This document shows, in pieces, positions 52,611 through 64,000 of a stretch of 64,000 bases of DNA. The first letter of the stretch is position 1; every line of letters starts with the position of its first letter. Source of the stretch: the human T2T-CHM13v2.0 reference genome, Homo sapiens; NCBI RefSeq assembly GCF_009914755.1, contig NC_060927.1. One strand, 5' to 3'. Both the position numbers and the translations under genes were made by a program. A model generated the notes under the pieces. The model did not search any database. It was not told the DNA's origin and saw nothing but the letters and a program-made list of their open reading frames with translations.

Positions 52611-55399
52611 TATTGGAAAACAGTTATCCATGAATCCTTTGAGTTTCTGCACATCCTGAGAGCAGAACTCACAGATTTTTGTTCTAGACTATCTTTTTCA
52701 AGGATGTTTATATAGCAGACAGCCTTGGAAAATATACTGTCATGCTCCAGAGCAAAGAACAAAATTGTTTGCTGTCCATTATAATAAAAATGATACCTCT
52801 GACATGGTTTGGCTGTGTCCCCACCCAAATCTCACCTTGAATTGTAATAATTTCCATGTGTCAAGGGCAGGGCCAGGTGGAGATAATTGAATCATGGCAG
52901 TGGTTTCCCTTATACTATTCTCATGGTAGTGAATTAGTCTTATGAGATCTGCTGGTTTTATAAGGGAGCATTTCCCTGCACAAGCTCTCCTGCCTGCAAC
53001 CATGTAAGATGTGCCTTTCTCCTCCTTTGCATTCCGCCATGATTCTGAGGCCTCCCCAGCCATGTGGAACTGTGAGTCCATTAAACCCCTTGTTCTTTAT
53101 AAATTACTCAGTCTCATGTATGTCTTTATAGCAGCATGAAAACAGACTAATATAGTAAGTTGGTACTGGTAGAGTGGGGTGCTGCTGTAAAGATACCCCA
53201 AAATGTGGAAGTGAATTTGGAACTGAGTAACAGGCAGAGGTTGGAACAGTTTGGAGGGCTAGAAGAAGACAGGAAAATGTGGGAAAGTTTGGAACTTCTT
53301 ACAGACTTGGAGAACTCAGAAGACAGGAAGATGTAGGAAAGCTTGGGACTTCCTAGAGACTTGTTGAATGGCTTTGACCAAAATGCTGATGATTATATGG
53401 AATACAAAGTCCAGGCTGAGGTAGTCTCAGGTGAAGATGAAGAACTTGTTGGGTACTGGAGTAAAGGTGACTCTTGCTATGCAAAGCGACTGGTAGCATT
53501 TTGCCCCTGCCCTAGAGATGTGTGGAACTTTGAACCTGAGAGTGATGATTTAGGGTATCTGGCAGAAGAAATTTCTAAGCAGCAAAGCATTCAAGAGGAA
53601 GCAGAGCATAAAAGTTTCAAAAACTTGCAGCCTGATGATGCAGTAGAAAAGAAAAACCCATTTTCTGGGGAGAAATTCAAGCTGGCTGCAGAAATTTGCA
53701 GAAGCAACAAGGAACCAAATTTTAATCACCAAGACAATGGGAAAAATGTCTCCTGGACATGTCAGAGACCTCCACAGCAGGCCCTCCCATCACAGGCACA
53801 GAGGCCTAGGAGGAAAAAATGGTTTCCTGGGCTGGGTCCAGGGCCCCCCTGCTATGTGCAGCCTTGAGACTTGGTGCTCTGCATCCCGGCTGCTCCAGCC
53901 ATACCTAAATGGGGCCAACATACAACTCAAGCCATGTCTTCAGAGGGTGCAAGCCTCAACCCTTGGCAGCTTCTATGTGGTGTGGGTTCTGTGAGTGTGC
54001 AGAAGACAAGAATTGAGGTTTCGGAACCTCCCCCTAGATTTTAGAGGATATATAGAAGCACCTGGATATCCAGGCAGAGGTGTGCTGCAGGGGTGGAGCA
54101 CTTAGGGAGAACATCTACTAGGGCAGTGCAGAAGGGAAATATGGGGTTGGAGCCCACACACAGAGTCCCCACTGAGGCACTGACTAGTAGAGCTGTGAGA
54201 ATAGGGCCACCATCCTCCAGACCCCAGAATGTTTGATCCACTGACAGCTAGCACCATGCACCTGGAAAAGCTATAGGCACTCAATGCCAACCTGTGAAAG
54301 CAGCCAGGAAGGGGGGAATGTGGAGGGGGTACACTGAAAAGCCATAAGGGTGGAGCTGCCCAAGGTTGTGGGAGCCTACCTCTTGCATCAGCATGACCTG
54401 GATATGAGACATGGGGTCAAAGGAGATCATTTTGGAACTTTAAGGTTTAATGACTGCCCTATTAGATTTCGGATTTGCATGGCACCTGTAACCCCTTGTT
54501 TTGGCCAATTTCTCCCATTTGGAATGGCTGTATTTACCCAGTGCCTGTACCCCCATTGTATCTAGGAAGTAACTAACTTGTTTTCAATTTTACAGGCTCA
54601 TAGGCAGAAGGGACTTGCCTTGTCTAAGATGAGGCTGGGCTGTGGCCTTTTAGTTAATACTGAAATGAGTTAAGACTTTGGGGAACTTTTGGGAAGGCAT
54701 GATTGGTTTTGAAATGTGAGGACATGAGATTTGGGAGGGGCCAGGTGCAGAATAATATGGTATGATTGTGTCTCCACCCAAATTTCACCTTGAATTGTAA
54801 TAATCCCCACATGTCAAGGATGGGACCAGGTGGAGATCATTGGATCATGGGGGTGGTTTCCCCCATACTGTTCTTGTGGTAGTGAATAAGTCTCACGAGA
54901 TTTGATGGTTTTACAAAGGGCAATTCTCCTGCACAAGCTCTCTTGCCTGCTACCATGTAAGATGTATCTTTCTCCTCCTTTGCCTGCTGCCATGATTGTA
55001 AGGCCTCCCCAGCCATGTAGAACTGTGAGTCCATTAAACCTCTTTTTTTGTATAAATTACCAGTCTCAGGTATGTCTTTATTGGCAGCATGAGAACAAAC
55101 TAATACAGCCTCCGTCTAGGTCAAAGATTGGGTAGATTTGCTTGCCGCCCACTATAAAAAGAATTGTGGTTTCATAAGCTCAGATTTTGTCAGCTACCTA
55201 TGTCACCTTTGGGAGTCTTAGAGGACATGGAGAGCTGACACAAACATGAATCTCATGCTACTGCTGTGCTGTTAGTAATAAAGTCCTTTCTCTCTGAACC
55301 AGGAGTTTCATATCTTCTGTCAGCATCCATAAAACTATGCAGACTGACATATTATCTTGCAAGTAGGGCAAAATCATGGATCCTTCACGGTACTTGACA
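52611..55399 (+). mobile_element. ERVL solo LTR (LTR40-like) split by THE1
   Basis: Pieces at 52611-52799 and 55108-55399, ending ttgaca. Perfect 5-bp TSD tatac (52606-10, 55400-04). Confidence 0.8.
52800..55107 (+). mobile_element. Complete THE1 (THE1C/D-like) MaLR provirus: LTR 52800-53154, internal region, LTR 54753-55107
   Basis: Two direct LTRs of about 355 bp, a purine tract before the 3' LTR, TSD acctc/gcctc. The internal ORF remnant 53343-53867 is typical of THE1-int. Confidence 0.95.
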
Positions 55400-56329
55400 T
55401 ATACCACCTCCTGTAAGGTATATATGTTGTAAATTAATATCTGTAAATACTCATGTTTACTTGTATCATGCATGATAGTTCCTCATTTTAAAAAGGTTAT
55501 AAAATCACAATCTATCCACAACACACACAAACACAATTATCACTTTATTCTCAAATGTTTAGCACAGTTCCTTGCTCAAACAAAATGTTTGTTTAATGAC
55601 TGAATGAATTTAAAATTGGAAAAATGATGGCACATTATTTACTATAAAATGATCAACTCATTGATACCTCTAGTTACTACTGACATTCTTGATAGAATGA
55701 AAGAAAGTTAACATTGACTTCAGGTCTCCAAAACAGTAACCCAAATCTAGTCAGTATCTTCCAGAAGTGGGCATGTTGGTTTTAACAAGAATGTGTAGAA
55801 GCATTTCATTCTTACATGTCAAGGATTAGGGTTGGGATTTTTTCGTTCTCTGTAAATATTTTTGACTTTTGACCTTCAGTTGTTGCCACACTATCAAGTA
55901 CAACACCAAAAGCATTGATTATTAAATATCTCATTCAACCTTTTCTTTTTGACAACCTACTCTTTGTAAAGAAGCATTAGCCCCTTGTGATTAAAACAAA
56001 TAAATGAGCAAATTACAATTCAAAAAGTAGCACATTATATAATACAATTAAAAACACTGCAGCATTAGAGAGAGGAACAACTAAGCCTAAGGATTGGGGT
56101 ATGTGGTATGTACAATATTGATAGTGACATCCTAACTCAGTTTGAGGGCCTCGTTCATTTTTTTATTCTACATTTGACGTCTTAGACCTTGATTTCAAGA
56201 TATTGATAAAACAATCCACTCCCTTTTTCTCTGTCCTGACATCCTACGTCAATTTTTCCAACCAGCCTTTGATTTGTTTTTTATCCCTCAAGAATTTCAT
56301 TCTTTATTTCTTTGTTCTGTTTTTTTCTG

Positions 56330-56452
56330 GTGCTGATCATATGGGGTCACCTCCTGTTTGGATCTAGTGCATTCTGGAGCAGGGTATCTGTGTTTCTAAA
56401 AGTCTGTGATGTAGGTCCTAACATGCAGACCTGTTTGAGAACTTCTGCTCTA
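56330..56452. mobile_element. MER5-like fragment
   Basis: Ends catgcagacctgtttgagaacttctgctctag. Confidence 0.5.
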
Positions 56453-57469
56453 GGGTCTTCTATGACCCCCCCAATTTTGAATTGAAATGGATTATGCATA
56501 CCAGTAAGCTCATCCTAATCCTTGGCGTTTACCCAGTTAGTTTCTCTCCACCATAGCCTAAACCCCTTTTCTCCCATTCTCCATTTTGACTAGAAGAGCT
56601 GGGGCTAGAACTGTGTGTTCTTCTGATTAAGAGTTCACATCATCATTCTAGAGAAAAAACTAGAATCCAGGTGGTTTTTGTCTCTATCACTGCAGTTTGC
56701 ACAGACACAGACTCACAAGGAATGAACAATCACAAGCAGAATTTAGTGTTAACCTCTTGCCATCCTAGACCAAGTACAGAAGAAAGGGGAGGAGCAAAAG
56801 GGAAGTGGAAAAGATTACAGCTTTCTACCTCTCCTGGTAGAATAGCACACATAAAGAGTAAAGAAAGGACTGGGAGTTGCCATGGCAGCCTGAAGCTCCT
56901 CACGGAAACCAAGAACTGCCTTGTCCAGACATGGGAGGAAAAACACTTTTCTCAGTGAGTCTCAGTAGTTCCTATGGGGGCTTCATAGACCAGGGTGTAC
57001 TCTGCTTCAGAGAAATAGCTGTAGTGATGGGCCTCTTTATTTACGCAGAAAGCCACACCTTCCTGAGTGTGTACAGGCAACCAGTGGTTAGGATGCTGAA
57101 TCACAAGAAACCCACCCACCACTTTCTTAAAAGCACGTAACTATAAATTGTGCATATTCTTACATTTTAAACATGTTTATATGTAAAATCAAGGTGCTGA
57201 ATTATAATCACGTTGCAGCACTCATTTATATTTATGTCCTTTAGTCTTCCAGCTAATTTAAGAGAAAATCCAACAACCAGAGAAAGTATCATTACACAGT
57301 GGAATTTATTTCGATATCCAGGCACTCTTTAAAGCACTGGCTTGAGGCTCTCTTTCATTTTAAGTTGCTAGTGGAAAGCTGAGTGGGGTGAGTGGGTTCA
57401 GGGTTCTTACTTTCATGCCTGTGTAATCTGAGACCCAAGGGCTGCTGTTTGATTGATTGATTAACTGAT

Positions 57470-58025
57470 TTTATTCATTAATTCATAAAACATTTACTGA
57501 GTGCCTATTATGTGCTAAGCATTATGCAAAGTGGTAAAGATAAGAAACAAAAAATCACCATCTCAGTGAACTTTTTTTGTAGACAAGGAAACATGTAGTT
57601 ACAGTTTCAAAACATTGCTCTAAGTGTTGTAACCAACAGAGAAGTATATGTACGTATTTATAAAGAAGTGTAGTATGTATAAAAGAGTGAATACTCCTTT
57701 CTATGAGAAGAAGCAGAGATTAACTCAGAAAAAGATATGGTACGTCAGTTTTGAAGGATTTTGTAAGAATTTATCAGTTGCAAAGTGTTTGGGAGCTTGT
57801 GTCAAGTAGCAGGAATTACACAGGCTGGAGAAGTATAAAGTTATGTGGTACAAATAATGCATACAGTTCAGAATATGTATGTGGGAAGGGGGCTGCTGGT
57901 GAGAAAGAGAGTTAGGGGCCAAATCAAGGGAGCCTTTGTCACCATGCTGAAGAGCTGGAACATTATTCTGCACATGATAGCAAAGTTTTAAAACCAGGGA
58001 CTGCTTGGATCAAATGATGTGTGTG

Positions 58026-58056
<31 letters not shown>

Positions 58057-59110
58057 TTTAGGAATCTTTCAAACACTTGGGAGTGGTAGTAGTCAAGAGG
58101 CTCTTGTATTATCACAGAAAAAGACACCAATTCAGAGGTGATAGATGATACCACTATGACGTAGATCACTGGCGATGGTTGAAGATGAGAGAAGATATTT
58201 CTGAAAATTAACATGGCAAGATGATTGTGAGGATGTGGGAATGAAGAAACGAAGGGGTTTTTAATGTCCTGGCTTGGATATTTAGGTGAAAAAGATGTTG
58301 TTTACTAAAATAGAACATTGGCAGTTGGAGATGATGAGCTCATTTTGAATAGGGTGAATTCGAAGTGCTTTTGGAACATCTAGAGAAAGATGTCTGATGG
58401 ATAGCTCAATATATGAGTTAAATCTGAAAAGGTTATATAGGCTGAAGACATAAATTTGAGGCTTATGGCCAGAGATGGAATGGTAGATCAGATCTTTCAG
58501 GGAGTATATTAAAGGATCAAGTATGAAATTCAAGACCGGTGTTTCGCAAGCTTTAGTGTGTGTGCAAGTCACCTGAGGATCCTGTAAAAATACAAGTTCT
58601 GATTTAGTAGCCCTGGAGTGGGGTCTAATCATCATAATTTCCAGCAAGCTTCCAGGTGATGTTGATTCTGCAAGTATGCAGACCACACTTTGAGTAGCAA
58701 TACTGTAGAAAACATTCATGTTTAAGGACAGGAAGATGAAGAGAAGTCCACAAAAAGGATTGAGTAGAAGTCAAAGATTTAAGAAGAGAGTTGGTGGGGC
58801 TGGGGGGGTGGGTGGGTGTGGAGAGGGCAGTGGGGGACAGTAAATAGGAGTATTGTCTCGGAATCCAAGAAAAGAGAGAATTTCATAAAAAAGAAAATGT
58901 TAAAGTCAAAGGCTACTAACAAGTAGAGTAAGAAGGGACTAGTAAATGTCTATGAAATTGGCAATTTGAAAGTAATTTTGAATTTTGACAGAAGAGTTTT
59001 TATACCATGGAGAGAGAAGTAAATTATAGTGGGGAGCTAATTAACAGTAAGGAAATAAATGGTAGTTAAGGAAATAGACATAGTGAGAATGGATTTTTTT
59101 TGTTTGTTTA
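57470..59110 (-). mobile_element. Long L2 fragment containing (TG)n 58018-58056 and a MER5 insertion
   Basis: attcataaaacatttactgagtgcctattatgtgctaagc at the left, then collinear L2 minus-strand motifs. Confidence 0.75.
58536..58702. mobile_element. MER5B-like MITE
   Basis: agtcacctgaggatcctgtaaaaatacaagttctgatttagtag...ccaggtgatgttgattctgc...gaccacactttgagtagcaa. Confidence 0.8.
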
Positions 59111-59236
59111 TAAACAACAACAACAACAAAAAAAACACTTGACTGTATTAGGAAAGAGACAAATTGATTTACAATTTAGGAGAGACAAAGATTTTTAAAG
59201 TGTCATTATTTTTAAGATGATAAAAGACATGAGGTT

Positions 59237-59717
59237 TGTGGTAGGAAGAATAATTCCTTCTTTCCTAATCCCCTGGAACTGTAAATATAGTATCTTTGAT
59301 GGCAAATAGTACTTTGCAACTGTGATTAAATTAAGGATTTTGAGATGGAGAGATTATCCTTGGATTATCCAGGTGTGCCCTGTGTAATCACAAAGATCCT
59401 TTAAAGAAGGAGGCTGGAGGGTCAGGACCAGAGAAGGAAATGTGACAACAGAGGCTGGAGGGATGCTATTGCTGGTTTTGAAGAAGAAAGGGTGCTGTGA
59501 GCCAAGAAATGCCAGCAGCTCCCAAGAGCCAGAAAAGGCAAGAAACTGATTCTTATCTTAGAGCATCCAAAAGGAACACAGCACTGCAGACACCTTGGTT
59601 TTAGACCAGTGAGACTTCTGACATCCTTTCAGAACTGTGAGATAAAGATAAATTTGTGTTGTTTTCAGCCAAAAACTTTGTGATAATTTACTATAGCACC
59701 AACAGGAAACTAGTACA
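59237..59717 (+). mobile_element. MaLR solo LTR (MLT1D-like)
   Basis: tgtggtaggaagaataa ... gtgattaaattaaggattttgagatgg ... ggaaactagtaca. Confidence 0.88.
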
Positions 59718-59746
59718 AGAATCTTTAATATGTGAAGCAAAAAAAC

Positions 59747-60142
59747 TGTAAGGGACAGCAAGTAATATCTTTTCTCTACCCATCAAAGGGTCACAGCTGA
59801 CACTCCTATAACGAAGACAGATTAACAAGAGAAAAGCATAACAAATTTATTTAACCAAAGTTTTATGTGGCATGGCAGGCATCATAAATGAAGACCCAAA
59901 GACCCCAGGGAAAACTGGGTATTTTTATGGACAGCCATACAGAAGTGTGATTGGAGAACAAAAACCTATGTTCTAGTGGTAATAAAATGGGGGGAATTCA
60001 GCAAGTCCTGTTTATTCAAATTCTTCTTTGCTTCCAGGAATAGGGCAAGACCCCTCTTCTGGAATGGGGCCTTATGATGTACTTTCAGAAGAATTTTTTT
60101 ATGACCATGCTTGAGAGGAGAAAGATGGGAGAAGGTCAGAGG
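59747..60142 (-). mobile_element. ERV1 LTR fragment, MER34-family-like
   Basis: aagacagattaacaagagaaaagcataacaaatttattta and aatgaagacccaaaga...ggaaaa; resembles the reverse complement of the LTR at 9230-9855. Confidence 0.7.
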
Positions 60143-60259
60143 AGTGACCGCCAAAGAAGAATGAGGATGAGAAGGGAAAATAAAGACTCTCTTACTCTGG
60201 AGGTGCAGAGTTTTCTTCAAGACATTAGGTGTAAGGCTATGGACAGAATAACTATAAAC

Positions 60260-60350
60260 CACCGTCTCATGCGCATCCTTGTCTATGAAATGGGGTTCAT
60301 AACGCCACCTTCGTGAGGATAAAATGAGGTAACATGTAAAATGGCTAGGA
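60260..60350 (+). mobile_element. MIR fragment
   Basis: cttgtctatgaaatggggttcataacgccacc...gtgaggataaaatgaggtaacatgtaaa. Confidence 0.6.
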
Positions 60351-60639
60351 AAAAAAGACGAGTGCAAAGGTGTGGTTCTCTTGCCCGTTTTAAGTGCTTT
60401 CAGGAAGAATGTTTTGCTGCATGCAGTCCAGGGCGTGGCAGCTGCTTCGTTGCAACTAAACACTGGAAACTGGCTCCCCCAAATAATCTCCACATTAAGC
60501 TGAGATCTGTTGAGTACATGAAAAATTGAGAGGAGGAAGACCCTGACCCTGGGGTGTCTTGGACTACTTCTCCTCTGAATGTTCCTAGGCTAAAACCAAA
60601 CATTTTTAATAGATAATCTGTTCCCTTAGCCCCTTCTGT

Positions 60640-61085
60640 TTCTACCTCGTCGCGTGCCCTCTCTGCCTAAACGCTCTCTCCTCCTCCCCAGGTTCATATT
60701 AATAAGGAGAAGGTCTCCCCGCAGCTCCTCTGGACCGAGCCACACCTCTGCCTGGGAATCCTGGGCTGGGGCTGCAGAAGCCCGCTGCGCGCCTCCTGGT
60801 TTCTATGGAGACCCTGCTTGATGTCAATGGCGGCTCCGGAGCGCAGGGAAACCTAAGCGTTTGTATTTAAATGAGGGAAAGTGGGGGAAGGGGAAGTAAA
60901 AGAGGAAGGGAACAGAAGAGAGGATGGTAGAGGTGAGCGGGCGGGTGTTGAACTCTGGGGACTAGAAAAATCCAGCTGCGTTACTCAGTCATCTCATGCT
61001 CGCGGAGAAATCAGAGGAAGCAGCAGCGGGCAGAGGGGTGTTTATTTCTTGCGTGAGAAATATCCGACTTCTTTCTGACATCCGG
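60640..61085. promoter_or_regulatory. CpG-retaining promoter/enhancer-like segment
   Basis: About 22 CpGs in roughly 445 bp (hand count) in an otherwise CpG-depleted window. RFX X-box-like gtttctatggagac 60799-812, tgatgtca 60819-26, atggcggc YY1-like core, tatttaaa 60864-71. Confidence 0.6.
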
Positions 61086-61749
61086 GAGTAAGGGACAGGC
61101 AACTAGGAATCCCTTTTCATGTGGCTGGCCCCTGGCTGATAGTGCTGCTCGATTTCATTTCCAAGAAGAAAGGGAGAGTTCTCTCTTTGCCCAGAGACTC
61201 AAGTCTTAAAGATTCATTGCTGCTATGGGAGGGGCCACGCCTCTATCTTTCACTCTCGACCCTTTCCCCTGCAGCATAACTAAATAGAAGCTCTGGAAAG
61301 ACGGATTCGAAAAGTTCTGGGGTCTGGATTAACTGCTGTTTATTGGCTGACACCCTAGCAAGAGGCTGGGGGAGGAGTAGGAGGAGGTTGGGCAGAATGT
61401 ATGCTATGATTGAATTGCACGAGGGTTCAGATGACGTCAGCTTGAATAAAGGTCTGACCTAGTGAATGTTAAATGTGGCTGAGTGACTGAATCCTTGGAA
61501 GGGATCGATGGCAGAAACCTCCATGAAAGGACCATGCCACTTCTTTAAAATATTAAGCATGTGATTCTGCTGATCTCCCCTGCAACTCCCAGAGCGCTGG
61601 TGGAATCTTAGCTTTCTGCTATAATCACTTGAACATTACTTACTGCCCTAGATAACTGCGGGTCACGTGGAGTTTGCACCAAAAAAGGAAGTCTTTGAAA
61701 AAAAGAAAAAGCCATTAATCAAAGTGCCTGCTAATCTTACAAAGTGAAA

Positions 61750-62045
61750 GCAATTCAATTTAATAAACACTTTCAGAGGACTACTTCGAGCCAAGTGTAT
61801 GCAAAATGAGTGAGATGTTCTTTGCCTTCAAGGTGCATACATTCTGGCTGGGGAGGCGGATATGTTCACAAATGACTCATGGTGCCTGGCAGCAGGTAAT
61901 ATATACCATGGGAACTCCAAGGAAGGTGAAATTAATTAGATACAAGGAGGAGGGGAAAGCAGTTTATATTAGTTGCCTCTGAGGTCTAGACTTTTATAAT
62001 AGATGCAGAGGAGAGAAGCGCAGGGAAAAGTTCTGCAGGGGTAGA
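61750..62045 (-). mobile_element. L2 fragment
   Basis: caattcaatttaataaacacttt...tttgccttcaaggtgcatacattctggctgggg. Confidence 0.55.
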
Positions 62046-63344
62046 ATAGAAAAAGTTTAACCCAAATGCCTATTCCATATAAAATTCCAGTTCTGTAAAA
62101 TTGTCAAGTGACAGAGCAAGCTAATTTTCCTATTTTTTCCCTCTCTGATGACGTATTGCTATTGCTGCAACTTATAGGAAACTCTGGCTTGGCTTCTATT
62201 CCATTTTTACCACTTGCCTAACCCATTTTATTTTGATATTAGAGGTTCAAGCTTTAATGGTTTCATTTAAAAATAAACCCAGAAGGTAGAATTGTGAGAA
62301 AGAACGCTTTAAAATGTATTTGGGTTTAGGCTGAGTGAGAACCATAGGCATATGAAGGGCATTGAGATTATTTTGTAGTTGAGACAGGGCTGAAATAAAG
62401 AAGGTATTTGTGCCATTTGGGGCTCATTTTCAGAGTCATGGCACATAGGAATTAAGAGATGATTGGCAGCTCCATCACAAATGTTGGAGAAATTTTTGAA
62501 ATATGTAACACTTATGGTCTGAACTTAGTGCGTGTTGCTCGGTCATGAACTATCAAGTTTTCATTAGAAAATTAGGAGATATTCAGGAATACATTAAAGG
62601 ACACAGAAGCCAAAGGCTAAGTCTTGGCCTTTGGATGGAAGATATCAGGCAGAAATGAAATTAAAGGAGGGCAATTATTTCTAGAAAGGACAGGAAAAAG
62701 AAGCCACATGTGCTCAAACTAGTCATAGTTTCTGTGTCATTGAGATATTAGTTACGAAGGGCTTGTTTTCAAGGCCCTACTCTCAGTTGGCTGAGGAATA
62801 TAGGTATAATAAAAAACATCTTCCCAGAGTTTTGGCAATGAAGCAGAATATTAGCAATTTTTAATGAAAAAGGGCAGAAAGCCAAGAGTCAAATTATTTT
62901 ATTTTTATTGTTTCATTCTTCTCACATGGTTCACTGCAGAATCTTTGGACTCCTAATTTACTTTCTTTAATGCCATTCTGCCAAGTTTCTGGATAACTGA
63001 ATATAATCCTCTAGCTTCTTTACTTCAAATAAACACCCATAGACATGTGGACACCTCAGTCATCTGAACACAGTCAAATGTATTTGCATGGTACATTTTT
63101 GTAATGATAGTCAATATGGCATGGCAATTCCTAGAAATGAGTTTAGTAATTTGAGGAGTGACCACTTGACATCACTAATAGCTTAAAGAAGAGACAGAAG
63201 GGATAAAATAAACACATAAAAAAGAAATTGAGTCATAAATAGTAGAAAAGATGGAGGGGGAAAAACAAGTAGTGAAACAAGACATTAAGGGGAAAAAAAG
63301 ATATAGAACAGGACGTCTTAAGCCCTTGAAGAGGTTAGGATCCT

Positions 63345-63706
63345 TGTATTAGTCCATTCTCACACAGCTGTAAAGAAATACCTGAGACTGGGTAATTTAT
63401 AAGGAAAAGAAGTTTAATTGGTTCATGGTTCCACAGGCTGTACAGGAGGTATAGCAGCTTCTGTTTCTGGATAGGCCTCAGGAAGCTTACAATCATGACT
63501 TAAGGCAAAGGGAGAGTGAGGCACTTCACCCAACCAGAGCAGAAGGAAGCAAGAGAGGTGGGGCAGGTGCCACACATTTTTAAACAACCAGATCTCAGGA
63601 GAACTCTCTCACTATGGCAACACGTACCAAGGCAGAAATCTGCTCCCATGAGCCAATTATCTCCCACCAGGCTCTACCTCTGACATTGGGGATTACAGCT
63701 CCACAT
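63345..63706 (-). mobile_element. MST (MSTA-like) MaLR LTR lacking its 5'-most 35-45 bp
   Basis: tgtattagtccattctcacacagctgtaaagaaatacctgagactgggtaatttataag...cattggggattacagctccacat. Confidence 0.9.
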
Positions 63707-64000
63707 TTGTAATTTCCTAGAGACTTGTTGATAGTTGTGACCCAAATGCTGATAGTGATATGGACAATGAAGTACAGGCTGAGGAGGTCTCATATGGAAA
63801 TGAGGAACTTATTGGGAACTGGAGTAGAGATCACTTTTGCTATGCTTTAGCAAAGAGCCTGGCTGCATTGTGCCCCTACTCTAGGGATCTGTGAAACTTT
63901 GCCCTTGAGAGTGATGATTTAGGGTATGTGGCAGAAGAAATTCTAAGCAGCAGAGTGTTCAAGATATGACATGGCTAATAGCCTATGCTCATATGTGTGA
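63707..64000 (+). mobile_element. MST/THE1-type MaLR internal sequence (runs off the window)
   Basis: Collinear on the same strand with THE1-int at about 53343-53597 (ttcctagagacttgttga...gagagtgatgatttagggta...ctaagcagca). Confidence 0.9.

Noticed and set aside
53343-53867. 174-aa ORF as a host gene
   Set aside because: THE1 internal ORF remnant with a non-ATG start; common in MaLR copies.
56670-57165. Possible ancient LTR on the minus strand
   Set aside because: It has an LTR-like end (ttcttaca), but I cannot assign a family, a second terminus or a TSD.
59966-60493. 175-aa minus-strand ORF next to the CpG segment
   Set aside because: Non-ATG start, runs through MIR and LTR relics, and has no recognisable domain.

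Overview
This is AT-rich, CpG-depleted mammalian genomic DNA. AluJ/AluS, THE1, MST and an L1PA2-like LINE point to a primate, probably a great ape or human. It reads as intergenic or deep-intronic. I found no convincing host protein-coding gene, tRNA, rRNA or CRISPR array. The ORFs with recognisable protein signal are decayed L1 ORF1/ORF2 or MaLR-internal frames. Much of the window is transposon relic: a near full-length ancient L1 (about 960-9970, minus), two 5'-inverted young L1PA insertions, many solo LTRs, a two-LTR THE1 provirus nested in an LTR40-like LTR, L2/MIR fragments and small DNA transposons. The clearest candidate regulatory element is a CpG-retaining promoter/enhancer-like segment near 60.6-61.1 kb. 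I see no evidence of a new multi-gene biological system. The most unusual signals are small: a MIR snippet apparently copied from 1.5 kb upstream into a (TA)n tract next to fold-back duplications, a 75-bp hairpin not explained by a repeat I recognise, a TSD-flanked 47-bp mini-retrocopy, an iteratively templated patch at 39.7 kb, and an inverted MST LTR/internal junction. Repeat subfamily names come from my recall of consensus sequences and need Dfam/RepeatMasker confirmation. Boundaries of old repeats are approximate.
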